Part shown: piece by piece, positions 51,985 through 64,000 of the stretch | How positions within the stretch are numbered: the first letter of the stretch is position 1 | How the letters are laid out: each line of letters begins with the position of its first letter | DNA from: Carcharhinus longimanus | Lineage: Eukaryota | Reading direction: 5' to 3' | Assembly: GCA_030264375.1 (NCBI GenBank) | Contig: JASCQW010000032.1 | Span: 72,177,615 to 72,241,614 of the forward strand | DNA: 64,000 nucleotides | Translations under genes and position numbers: made by a program | Notes under the pieces: model-generated | Told to the model about the DNA's origin: nothing | Database searches by the model: none | The model's input: the letters and a program-made list of their open reading frames with translations, nothing else

Positions 51985-52179
51985 GTGATATAACGCAGAC
52001 ATCTGAAGCTGATCTCGAACTCTAGGATGACATTCGTAAAGAGTCAGGGTCCTAACACATAGTGACGTGGTTCCTTTACGTTGTAGAAAGCTGTTGTAAA
52101 TCATAATTTAACTATTACCGAGCTGATTGTGGGGAGGGTGGTGGGCCGGGCGGGCGCAGAGAAAGTGGGCACTTCAGCT

Positions 52180-52485
52180 TGTTTATTTATCATTGCTACA
52201 AGTAGGCTTACATTAACACTGCAATGAAGTTGCTGTGAAAATCCTCCTAGTTGCCACCCTCCGGTGCCTGTTCGGGTACACATGACATCATCAGCAAAGT
52301 GGGCGTGGCCAATGAACCCAACCAGCAGGTCTTTCGGACTGAGGGAGGAAACTGGAGCACCTGGAGGAAACCCATGCAGACATGGGGAGCACGTGCACAA
52401 TCCGCACAGACAGCGACCCAAGCCAGGAATTGAACCCGGGTCCCCGGCACTGTGAGGCAGCAGCGCTAACCACTGTGCTGCCCCC
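52180..52485 (-). mobile_element. HE1-type SINE, tail B
   Basis: Reverse-complement head, core and tail B. Confidence 0.85.
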
Positions 52486-53197
52486 TTTCTGTGCAAAGTA
52501 TTGGAATTCTCACAGGCCACTCAACGAACCTGCAAACAATTAGCAGAATCATCAAAAGTCGGGTTTCTCATGGAAGCCGCTAAAATAATGTGCAACTCAT
52601 CTATGAGCTAAAAACAATCTGCACAAAAAGACTTCTAAAACTCTGCATGCCGCACGAGTCTCAAGTTGCCTTCATGCGCTGGACTGAACATACTTTGTAT
52701 CACTGATTAGGGCTTGGATTTAACATTTTGCTGATTGAGTTTTTTTTAAAAAGAGCTAGGGTATTGTGTCTCTCCAGTGAAAGTTTGTTTGGATACATTT
52801 GATACAGTGATTTTGGCTTTGAGCAATTGCGTATAATCCCAATCAATGTTAAAAGTGAAACAGATTGACCCTCTAGGCATGGTGCGTTAACATACTAGCT
52901 AACAGTGCCAGACAGTGGCTTTCAACCATATCTCTTGCTCAGCAAAGTTCTTAGCTCAGCAAGGGTATTCAGGAAAGTGCCAAGAAGCGGTGAGGTTCTT
53001 TCTGTAAGGCAGGAGCAGAAATTGAGTCATTTACTTTGCTCTCCAACGCCTCTCAGTGGCTAGAGCTTTGAATGGGCCTCCGAGTTGTAGTTGGGGCAGT
53101 GCATGTGGTGAAAGGTGTAACAAATCAAAAAGTACCCCGAGATTCGAAGTGAGATTTAAAAAAAATAGTTGTGGGATGTGACGCTCTGCAGTGGTGG

Positions 53198-53555
53198 GAG
53201 GCAGTGGTGTAGTGGGATTGTCACTGTACTAATCCAGTGACAATCCCAAACAACCAAGGTAATGATCTGGGGACCAGAGTTCGAATCCCACCATGGCAGA
53301 TGGTAAAATTTGAATTAATAAAGAAAAAGCCTTGAATCAAAAGCCTAATGATGACCATGGATTGTTGTAAATGCCCATACTAACGTCCTTTAGGGAAGGA
53401 AATCTGCCATCCTTATCTGGTCTAGCCTACACGTGACTCCAGATCCTCAGCAATGTGGTTGACTCTCAAATACCCCTCTAAAATGGAGGGCAGTTGAGGT
53501 GGGGCAATAAATGCTGGCCCAGCCAGTGATGCCTACATCCCATAAAATGAATGAT
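53198..53555 (+). mobile_element. tRNA-derived SINE family 2
   Basis: A-box-like gtggtgtagtgg, B box gttcgaatcc and family tail gcaataaatgctggcc. Confidence 0.85.
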
Positions 53556-53664
53556 TTTCCTGGTTGAAACTGTGTCGTTAAGGGATTAGACCAAGCCAGT
53601 AGTTTCATGACAGAATAGCTCGTCATGGCTGCTCAATCTCATTCACTTGTTTACCAGCCAGGGA

Positions 53665-54012
53665 GACTTAATAAAAGGTGTTTAAATGCTTGAGGGAATT
53701 AAATAGGGAGGAACAGTTTCCACCAGCTGTAGGGTTGGTAACCAAAGGAAGCAACTTTGGAAGTAATTGGAAAAAGTGGGGAGATGAGGAATTTAGTTTC
53801 CGTGGTGAGTAGCTATGAGTTGGAATACATGGAATGGTGCTGAAAGGAGATTCAATCATCACTTTCAAAGGAAAATTGGGCATATACTTGGAAGAGGAAA
53901 GAATTGCATGGCTATGGAGAAAGCACAGCAAAATGGGATAAGAAGGGGATAGTCATCACAGGCAAAATGGGCTGAAGAGCCTCCTGTGGCATATGACCAA
54001 ATGATTCTATGC
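53665..54012 (+). mobile_element. Degenerate CR1 3' fragment
   Basis: gggagacttaataaaaggtgtttaaa...gggctgaagagcctcc...gattctatg. Confidence 0.6.
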
Positions 54013-54527
54013 AATGATGCTGTAGCATTCCTGGAAGCTTGATTGCATGGGTTGTATTTTCAAGTGGGATCAGGAACCTAACACGGGATGAATAATTTTA
54101 ATCCTGACCCTAACCCTCTGCTCCTCAGCTGCTTTGCTGATGTGATGCCAATTTTAAATGGAAATGACCCAGCTGGCCTGGAGGCAAGCTTGGTTACAAA
54201 TTAATGGCACTGAATGCTTCAAGGACAGGGGAGCTCTCAGCCTAGCACCGGTAGCAAAGTTAGATGGCAGTCATAATGGGGCCTGCTGCCTTATTTGCCA
54301 GATCGACCAAGCAGTTCCTCAGAGGGGAAAAAAAAAATACAAAATAAGAGTTCCGAGCTTGACCTGGCATGAGATGAAGGGACTGTTTTCAACAAATAGA
54401 TATAAACTTCCAGATGTCCTCACAATGAACCCAACACTGGGCAGTGTTGTGCACCAGATGGATTGGGATTGCTGAGCTGCCTTTTGAAAATCCCATTCTC
54501 ACCCCCTGTGAACAAGGAGCTTAATTT

Positions 54528-54905
54528 TATTCAATTCATTCATGGGACAAGGGCATCGTTAGTTGGGCCAGCATTTTTGTCCATCCCTAGTTGCCCTTGA
54601 ACTGAGTGTCTTGCTGGGTCAGCTGAGAGTCAACCACATTGCTGTGGCTCTGCAGTCACATGTAGGCCAGACCAGGTGAGCACGGCAGATTTCCTTCCCT
54701 AAAGGACATTAGTGTACCAGATTAATTTTTCTGACAATCGACAATGGTTTCATGATCATCAGTAGATCCTTAATTGCAGATTTTTAAAAATTCAATTCAA
54801 ATTCCTCCATCTATCTTGGTGGGATTTGAACCTAGGCCCCCAGAACATTAGCTAAGTTTCTGAATTAATGGTCCAACGATAATACCACTAGGCCATCACC
54901 TCCCC
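54528..54905 (-). mobile_element. SINE family 2
   Basis: Reverse complement of the 53198-53555 family. Confidence 0.85.
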
Positions 54906-55169
54906 ATGAATGGTCTGTCATTTTGTGGCAAGTGGGTTCTGCCTTTCCTCCACACCTGCCAGTACTTTGTAAAAAGTATCTGTCCCAGAGATGTGATGAT
55001 CCAGAGATACGACCACCTGCACATCTCTTCAAAATCACCCTGCCCCCTCACAATGCCAACACCTGAAAGTCTGTCCTTGTGTCTCAGCACGAGCCATGGA
55101 TCGATCTTTGAAATTAAGCTCTGCACAACAGCATCAAACAGCGTCAACCTTACGTTGGGGTGAGTGATA

Positions 55170-55890
55170 GAACAAAGAAACGTAGGGATTCAGGCTCATA
55201 GCTCCTTGAAAGTGGAGTCACATGTGGACAGAGTGATGAAGAAGGCATTGGCATGCTTGGTTCCATTGGTGAGAACATTGAATGTAGGAGTTGGGACGTC
55301 TTATTGAAGTTGTACAAGACATTGGTAAGGCCATTCTTGGAATACTGTGTACAGTTCTGATCACCCTATTATAGGAAGGATATTATGAAACTGGAAAGAA
55401 TGCAGAAAAGGTTTACTAGGATGCTACCGGGACTTGATGTTTTGAGTTATAAGGAGAGGCTGGATAGACTGGACTTTATTCTCTGGACTATAGGAGGCTT
55501 AGGGGTGATCTTACAGAGATCTATAAAATAATGAGAGGCATAGATCAACTAGAGTCAATATCTTTTCCCAAAAAAGGCCGGAGAGTCTAAAAGTAGGACA
55601 CATAGGTTTAAGGTGAGAAGGAAGATACACAAAGGGATCTAGAGGGATATTTTTTTTCACACAGAGGATGGTGCAATTTTGTCTTTTGTACAATTTTGTC
55701 TTTTGTACAGTTTTGTCTCTTAAAAAGCATTTAGACAGTTACATGGGTAAGATGGGTATAGAGGAAAATTGGCCAGACATGGNNNNNNNNNNATTGGGAC
55801 TAGCTTAGTTGTTTAAAAAAAAGGGGCGGCATGGATAAGTTAGGCTGAAGGGACTGTTTCCAGGCTGTAAACCTCTATGAGTCTATGAAA
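55170..55890 (+). mobile_element. CR1 LINE 3' fragment
   Basis: LYKTLVRPFLEYCVQF and SYKERLDRL motifs. Confidence 0.85.
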
Positions 55891-58249
55891 CAAAAAGTGT
55901 CTGGGGTAATGTCCTCTCACTCTGCTGTCTGCAGGGGGAAGATGACAACTGCATGCCCCCTCGCTTCTTTTGGCACCCTCACAATGAACTTAGTTCTGGA
56001 AATTGGTGCATAGCCTATATCACAACATTACTCGATTGAGAGAGCGCAGTAAAGAAGTTAACATCATATCACCATTAAACAAAAATTAGGTTCAGGGTGA
56101 AGAGCTCAACCCGCAGGATTCCACATGAATCATGTCCATATGAAATGTTCCTTCAGATGGAATTCATCCTGAAGTGATCATTCCCTTTAATTTCCTTCCT
56201 GCCAAATCCAACTAAAACAACAAAAGTTTATAAACAATGAAAATTCCAACTGCTTGACATCAGTGATGCATGACTACCACAGAGATACAAATATTTACCC
56301 TAAGACCTGGCACAGCAACCTATACCAATGTCTTCAATCATACATTTTTGCTTGATTGTGTTATACTTTCCGAATGCGTCGGCAGACAATACGGTGTTTC
56401 ACTTACTTTGTCTTCTCTNNNNNNNNNNAAAGGGGGAACCAGATGTCCCCCCACCCCACCCCCGCCCCCCGCCTCACAGCCACTGCGACATGGATAGAAG
56501 AAACCCTGGAGAATTTTATGCCTTGGAAAAATTAACCGAATCGCTTTCTTGACCAAAGAGTCTCCCGAATCCAGGTGACAAAAAAAAAGTCTCCAACACT
56601 TATAATCACCAGTTATATTCACAATAGAACGACATTAATAACAGCATTTGCATGTCTGGGTGACACAAATTTAACTTGGTCAGAAATTATATTTAAGACT
56701 CTTTAGACTTGCTGTAGAATACAGATTGTAGGATATCGTTGCTAGAATCGCCACAGTCAGGCTCCATTTTGAATGCTCTGGCCTGGTTTGGTCTCCATAA
56801 GAGGCAAGAATGAAGATGGAAAGGCCAAGATACTGATATCCAGTATAAAAGACTTCTGATCTGACATCTTTGGACATGAAAGTTATTGAATTCTATTTAA
56901 ATTGTGACATTGGATTCATGGGGTCCAGGTTCAAATGTGTCAAAGGTGAATTTAGTACTAATATCGCCCCCCCCCCCCACCGGCACTAACNNNNNNNNNN
57001 NNNNNNNNNNNNNNNNNNNNNNNNNNNNNNNNNNNNNNNNNNNNNTGGACTGAATTTTATACTGCGAACAGGACAATCCCACCCCGATGTTATAGTTGGT
57101 GGCAAGCCCACCTGCATTTGCCTACTCTCCCCATAGCCATTTGATGATTGTCCAGCCTTTAATTTGCTTGAGACGGGGCCTCAGTCCCCTTCTATGAATA
57201 AGTCCCACCTCAGAGAGCTATCAGCCAATCAAATGGCCAGTGGCCCCAGCTGCACCGCTGGAAGTGGAGGTTACTGCAGGACTGTCCCAGCTCCAAGAAA
57301 GGCATTCAACCAATGAACCTGGAGTACAAAGTGAGTCAAGAGTTGCACCAGGCTAGCAGGCTCTGGCTATGGGTCCCAAGGGATGGCAAAGATTAACAGG
57401 TCAAAGGGAAGGTTCGCGTTCTCACCTTGGAGGGCTAGGCCTCTATTGGTGCCCAACTAGGATGCACATCCCAGGATGACAGCTCCTATTGGGTTACCTG
57501 GAGACCACGGGGCCGGATTTATGGGGTGGCTTATTTCTCACCGCTCCTGCCCCCACCCACAGCAGAAAAGCTAGGGGCAAACTGGCCAACATTAAAACAG
57601 ACTGCTTGGTAACAATGGTATGCTGGTGGCAATCTTAATGAGGTGTGTGTGGGATTTGCATTCCTCGGGGACAAACGTCCCATCTTGAGATAGGATAATC
57701 CCAACAGAACCAGAAGCAGGTCATGGCCACATCTGTGATTACAAGGAAGTCCCTGGGAAGAAGTGTCATTGGATGCTGGACTATAGTAAGTTGGATGGAT
57801 AGGGATCAGGAAGTTTTGGGAGGTGCAGGTGAATGGAGCTAATGTTTTAAAGATAGGAGAAAGCACAAAGAAGGATTATCGTTATGAGTAGTTATCTCTG
57901 ATGCAGGCAAGACACCTCCCCCCCCCCAAAGGAGGCACTAAAACTGGTGAAAAAGTAGGGTGGCCTCCTTCATTCTTCCTTCCATTATCCACAATGTTAT
58001 GATGGCAGAGGTGGAATTAGGATCTTAACAAGCCCTTAATTAGTCAGTTAATGGCCCGCTTATGTCTAAGAGTGATAAGCTTCCCCCCATATTTTGGGAG
58101 GTAGTTTGCATATGGGTGCAAAGGTAATGGGCTAGCCACCTATCCAATTTTGCATGCTTCTTAGAGAGGGTTAAGCACAGGTTGAAGAGATGTGTATTGT
58201 CTCCAGCCACGACAGTTATGTCTAACTGCACGGTGGATGGTGGTGTCCC

Positions 58250-58612
58250 TCTCTCCACTCACATTGTCTGTACCTTTAAGACTTGATTACCTGTAAGGAC
58301 TCACACTNNNNNNNNNNNNNNNNNNNNNNNNNNNNNNNNNNNNNNNNNNNNNNNNNNNNNNNNNNNNNNNNNNNNNNNNNNNNNNNNNNNNNNNNNNNNN
58401 NNNNNNNCATTGTCTGTACCTTTAAGACTTGATTACCTGTAAGGACTCACACTCCAATCATTATTTTGTAAATTGAGTTTGTGTCTTTACATGCCCTGTT
58501 TGTGAACAGAACTCCCGCTCACCTGCTGAAGGGACAGCACTCTGAAAGCTTGTAACTTCTACTACCAAATAAGCCTGTTGGACTTTAACCTGGTTTTGTG
58601 AGACTTCTTACT
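58250..58612 (+). mobile_element. Penelope-like terminus with degenerate hammerhead-like core
   Basis: cacctgctgaagggacagcactctgaaagcttg followed by cctgttggactttaacctggt, as at 35912-35985. Confidence 0.65.
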
Positions 58613-58691
58613 TTTTTCTATCTCCACAGATCCTGTCAGACCGGCTGAAATTTTCCAGCATTTTTTGTTTTTATTTCAGATTCTAGCATAA

Positions 58692-59030
58692 TGCAGCACA
58701 GTAGCACAGTGGTTAGCACTGCTGCTTCACAGCTCCAGGGACCTGGGTTTGAATTCTGGATCGGGTCGCTGTCTGTGTGGAGTTTGCACATTCTCCCTGT
58801 GTCTGCGTGGGTTTCGTCTGGATGCTCTGGTTTCCTCCCACAGTCCAAAGACGCGCAGGCTAGGTTGATTGGCCATTTTAAATTGCCCCTTGGTGTCCCG
58901 CGATGCATAGTTTAGAGGGATTAGTGGGTAAATATGTAGGGATATGGGGCCAGGGCCTGGGTGGGATTGTGGTTGGTGCAGACTTGATGAGCCGAATGGC
59001 CTCTTTCTGCATTGTAGGATTCTATGATTC
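58692..59030 (+). mobile_element. HE1-type SINE
   Basis: Head, V core and tail A. Confidence 0.9.
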
Positions 59031-59699
59031 TCTTCGGCAGTATTTTGTTTTTGCAATCAGGAAAAAGACCACTTGGCCCACTAGTCATGTCAGCTTCCAT
59101 CTCCACAAGTTCTCATCACATTTATTCTCTTGTCAGGAGGACTGTTCACTTTTCTGACTGGATAAATTGCAAACCTCCTCCACGTTTATCTTCTAATCTT
59201 TTTGTGCATTTATTGTGTGTGCGCCTCCATTAACATCCCCATTTCTGTTTTATAATTAAAATGATTCCAAAACCATTCCTCACTGAGAAATTTGCTACTT
59301 CCCAGCAAGGCAGGCAGGACCACTACAGATGGATTCATCAGTGCAAAATTGTTAGTACAATAAGATGGACAATGGGCAGGCAGCATTTGAAGCAGAGAGA
59401 TAAGCCAACATTTCAGTTCTAAGCTGGAGCTCAGTTATACCCGATTCTTAAAGATACAAAACCAACAGACAGAACAGGCCAGGCAAACCCAAATCAATCT
59501 TGCTTCTTGGTCCAAAAACCAAATTTAAATTAAATCCAGTTTATGGTCCCCACAAGAAACATGTACAAGATCCAAGCTGACAAGATAAGGCACTGCGCTC
59601 CATCTTCAGCTTGTTATAGCCAAAAAAGCCAAGAAGCGCATCCTTGCCAAGTATAGCACAGTTATGTCACTCACACGAATGTTTGTGTTTCATTCCAGA

Positions 59700-59995
59700 C
59701 AGGGGAGATCATGGCCTAGTGGTACTTTCGCCAAGCTATATAATCCAGAAACTCAGCTAGTGTTCTGGGTGTCTGGGTTCGGATCCCACCAGGGCAGATG
59801 GTGGAATGTGAATTCAAAAAAACCTATCAGGTTCACCATGCCCTTTAGGGGAGGAAATCTGCCCTCCTTATCTGGTCTGACCTACATGTGACTCCAGAGC
59901 CACAGCTGTGTGGCTGACACTCAACTGCCCTCTCAACAAAGGATGGGTAATAAATGCTGGCCAGCCAGTGATGTCCTTGTCCCACAAATGAATTA
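59700..59995 (+). mobile_element. SINE family 2
   Basis: gggttcggatcccacc...gggtaataaatgctggcc. Confidence 0.8.
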
Positions 59996-60924
59996 GAAAA
60001 ACCTTCAGCATCAGGCCTGGGCTCAAACTGCAGGGACTGCTGCATTGTTAAGATGCTCGGCCTTATTTGCTGGCAGGATCTTCCAGTCCCGCAGAAGGCG
60101 TACCCCTCCCTCGCCCCTCCACCATGGCAGGCTCCCTGGCAGCAGGGTGAGCAAGCAACACAAAACGCCATAAACCTCAACCAGTGATAAACCAGAAAAC
60201 ACTCTGCGGAGAGGGCGGAAAACCCCGGTCATTGTTTTCTGGATGACATGACAAAACCAAACGCACGGAGATTATCCTGTGGCCCCATTCTGGAAAAAAA
60301 CAGCTGAAGGTCCTGGCCAGTACTTAACCTTCAACCAGCATGATTCAAAACAGGTTATCAGACTAGTTTCAAATTGCTGTTTGTGGAATCCCTCAAAAAG
60401 TTACTTAATTTTCTGTGAAGTGGGTTGGGCTGCCAATAGCTTGTGAAAGTCATCGATGGCATCAGACAAGTAAGTATTCATGCCTTGGAAATTGTCCCAG
60501 GATTGTCCCCATGTTACTATTTAGGAAACACAATGCAGCAGAAAAAGCGGTGCAAACATTGATTATGAAATACTGGGGTGTTCGATTGATCCAAGACGAA
60601 ACCAACATGATTCTCAGGCTACCTGCCCATGAAGAGGGCATATGTTAAATATTTGTTCTACGTCACTGTTATGCCAGTGACATCAGAGGACATCTCCTGG
60701 AAGAGTTCTTCAAGTAACCTGTGCTGATCGATGCACTTCTTTCTCCTCTGCAGGTCACTTAACACATTTTTATGAAGCCGATCACAGACATCTCGTTGAA
60801 AAGATGAGCTGACTTCCCAGTTTGCAGTCTGATAAATGTATGTAATCGCTCGGGGACAGTTGACTTCTTAACATCCAATAACTAGCTACTGGGCATTGTA
60901 TGACCTCCAGTTTCTCAGTCAAAT

Positions 60925-61790
60925 ATAGAAAATAGGAGGAGAAGTAGGCCATTTGGCCCTTTGAGTCTGTTCCACCATTCATTATGATCATGGCTGATCA
61001 TGTAACTCAATAGCCTGATCCTGCCTTCCTTCCAAATCCATTGACCATCATTTCTCCCTAAGCTATATCTAACTACTTCTTGAAAACATTCAATGTTTTG
61101 GCCTCAACTGCTTTCTGTGGTTGCAAATTGTCTACTATACTGTGTACAGTTCTCATCACCTTATTATAGAAAGGACACTATTAAACTAGAAAGAGTGCAG
61201 AAAAAGATTTACTAGGATGCTACTAGGACTTGATGGTTTGAGTTATAAAGAGAGGTTGGATAGACTGGGACATTTTTCTCTGGAGCGTAGAAGGCTGAGG
61301 GGTGATCTTACAGAGGTCTATAAAATAATGAGGGGCAGAGATCAGCTAGATAGTCAATATCTTTTCCTAAATGTGCCAGGGGGTTGCGGGGGGAGTGTTG
61401 GGGGGGGGGTCNNNNNNNNNNNNNNNNNNNNNNNNNNNNNNNNNNNNNNNNNNNNNNNNNNNNNNNNNNNNNNNNNNNNNNNNNNNNNNNNNNNNNNNNN
61501 NNNNNNNNNNNCTCCAGCTGCGGCCTCACCAGTGCCCTGTACAGTTGCAGCAAGACCTCCCTACTTTTATATTCTATCCCCCTCGCGATAAAGGCCAACA
61601 TACCATTTGCCTTCTTGATCACCTGCTGCACCTGCAGACTGGGTTTTTGCGATTCATGCGCAAGGACCCCCAGGTCCCTCTGCACCGTAGCACGCTGCAG
61701 CTTTTCACCCTTTAAATAATAATCCCTCCGACTATTATTTCTACCAAAATGGATAACCTCACACTTGCCAACGTTATACTCCATCTGCAA
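60925..61790. mobile_element. Cluster of CR1 fragments: 60925-61130 (-), 61135-61370 (+), 61512-61790 (-)
   Basis: WQMEYNVGKCEVIHFG...KANGMLAFIARGIEYKS and LERRRLRGDLTEVYKIM motifs. Confidence 0.85.
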
Positions 61791-62614
61791 CCTGGGAAGG
61801 TATTGGAACGGGAGGAGGGTACCACCGGGGTGATGAAATCACAATAATTTAGGCACACTTACCACACATTGCATAGTCTCCCACCCCACACTGTGCATTT
61901 TTTTTTTAAATTTCAGGTCATCAAGGTTTGCAGTTTTGCAGTTAATCTCTTTTAGATGTGAAAACATTGCTTCAGAGAAGCAGCCAGCGGTGCGATAATG
62001 GATGCATCCACTATCCCCATTTCTAAACACATTCTCTCACTGCTGAGAGTACTGTGCTGTCAGAATATCCCTGAGTAAGTAAGCCTGAGAGTGCTGGAGC
62101 TCAATTCACTTGTGGCACTTAGCAATCTTTGACGGAAAAAAAATGCAACCTTTCGTTTAAAGAAGAAATCAAAGTGTTCTTTTACCAAGTTGCAGTGGAG
62201 TACTGTTAAATTAGAGATGAGAAAATTCATCCCAAACTTTTGGACTCGACTCGGATCCTTTAGAGATTAATCATTTGAGGCTGATTTTGTCATTTTACGC
62301 TGAACAAGAAAAACAGTGGAACATTTTGAGAAGTAGCCTCGATGTCAAAGGAGGAGAAAGTGGACGGGCACCATTGGTTCTGACTCTTAAAAGGGGCGAG
62401 TGTGTTTATGTGTTTTTTTTTCTTAAGTATCTGAGAAGACGGGAATATGTTTGCACTCACATAACCGCAGTATGGATGATGTTTTTGAGTTACTAGTGTT
62501 TCACAGATGTGTGCTTTACTGTCATTTGTATTTCCAGATGGTGCAAAGTATGCACTGGGAGCCAGGAAGTGTCTTATGCTACTGCTCCCACATATGGCGG
62601 TGGCACGGGAGGAA

Positions 62615-62830
62615 GGGGGGTGGATTTTACAGATGTTCCCATCAGTGGAGTCTTCCAGTCCCGTCAACGGCGACCCGTCCACTGCGGGTTCCACAGCATT
62701 AGAGGATGCAAACAACAGGAAACTCCACTGACTGATGCGGGGCCAGAAGATCCCGCTGCCAGCCAATGGCAGCTTGACTCTGCTGCTGTGAAACATGTCA
62801 CGGGGGTGTGGAAAATCTTGTGCCCGCCCC
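62615..62830. mobile_element. GC-rich MITE-like element(s)
   Basis: gggtggattttac...ggaaaatcttgtgccc ends resemble the Harbinger-like family. Confidence 0.45.
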
Positions 62831-63184
62831 TGTGGCGGGTTTGGTGAAGGGAGGCCTTTAATCAGATGGGCGGATGGCAGGCACAAATGCTGCCACTTTC
62901 CCACATCCAGCACAATTAATTCCATGGTGGGAGGGCCTGCGGACANNNNNNNNNNNNNNNNNNNNNNNNNNNNNNNNNNNNNNNNNNNNNNNNNNNNNNN
63001 NNNNNNNNNNNNNNNNNNNNNNNNNNNNNNNNNNNNNNNNNNNNNNNNNNNNNNNNNNNNNNNNNNNNNNNNNNNNNNNNNNNNNNNNNNNNNNNNNNNN
63101 NNNNNNNNNNNNNNNATGTATTCCCTAGCTTGGCTGTATGGCATGGGAGAGGCATTGAATTTGAATGAGTTCTTTTCCAATATG

Positions 63185-63345
63185 TTGTTTCTGCCATCTG
63201 CCATCCTTACCTGGGCTGCCTACATGTGACTCCAGAGCTACAGCAATGTGGTTGACTCTCAACTATCCCTCCAAGGGAAACTAGGGATGGACAATAAATG
63301 CTGACCAGCCAGCGATGCCCATGTCCCACGAACAAATGAATAAAA
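63185..63345 (+). mobile_element. SINE family 2, 3' part
   Basis: tctgccatccttacctgg...gggatggacaataaatgctg. Confidence 0.8.
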
Positions 63346-64000
63346 GTAATCTAGACTATGAGGGTGTGGAAGCACTTTGTACCAAATGTTGTTGTAGCTC
63401 TTTATCAAAGGATGGGAAGATGAAAGGTAATTCCCCATTCCTTCTCCTGGACTATTCCTCCATATAAGGCACAAAGGCATTCTATCCACTTTATTTTGTG
63501 GCCTGGCCTGTGTAAAATACAAATGAATAAATAATAAAAAAAAGGCATAAAGGGAAAAGTTATCATTTCAAAATAAAAAATGTCACCAGTTTTGAAAATC
63601 TATTAAACTATTCAGTATTCAGGAGGTTAATTTAACAGGAAAAGATCAGGGGTGAAATTAACATGTCTGCTTATACAAAATGCTATAAATATTTATTTGA
63701 TTCTTGATCCAATTTATTAGTTCTGTTCAAATGAGAATAGGATTATTGTTTCCTGTCAACAATGGTGACAGACAGGTACTTAGGTAATTTATTAGTTCAA
63801 TAAATACACCAAATCAAATAAAATATTAAACTCATGTCAAACACTTTGGTGTGGTAACAACTGAATATTGTGTCGGAAAGCACATAATGTTTAAAAAAAA
63901 GGAGTGGTGATGATAAAAGGTGTGGTTTATCTTTTTTAGAACAATCGATTGATCTACTTTTTAGATCAATCCAAATCAATGACTTTACTCAATTTAGTCT

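Noticed and set aside
53198-53295. tRNA-like A/B boxes here and in the HE1 heads
   Set aside because: These are SINE heads continuing into SINE bodies; no cloverleaf.
55674-55718. 17-bp tandem repeat (~2.6 copies) inside CR1
   Set aside because: Ordinary slippage or filler DNA.
58262-58453. 46-bp direct repeat on both sides of an N run
   Set aside because: Identical copies flank an exactly 100-N gap, typical of an unmerged contig overlap.
60735-60812. Strong plus-strand acceptor cttctttctcctctgcag
   Set aside because: All frames stop quickly and there is no convincing donor.
1-64000. CRISPR arrays, operons or other prokaryotic systems
   Set aside because: No regularly spaced repeat-spacer structure and no gene-dense region; the sequence is vertebrate.

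Overview
Vertebrate genomic DNA with many N gaps. Its repeats point to a cartilaginous fish (shark): HE1-type V-SINEs, CR1/HER1-type LINE tails, a SacSINE1-like Deu-SINE, Rex1 LINE fragments, a decayed Gypsy LTR element, GC-rich TIR elements with 3-bp target duplications (PIF/Harbinger-like) and Penelope-like ends with hammerhead-like cores. There is no complete gene, and most listed ORFs are repeat-derived, gap-spanning or short chance ORFs. The window looks like a large intron: one convincing minus-strand coding exon (38929-39026, gene not recognised), several repeat-free blocks resembling conserved non-coding elements, and a strong CTCF-like motif. The most striking unexplained structure is a 101-bp, 95%-identical, indel-free inverted repeat (21661-21761 / 22841-22941) enclosing a minus-strand exon-like segment with stops in all frames. 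Repeat boundaries are approximate, and family names come from recalled consensus features, not database searches.
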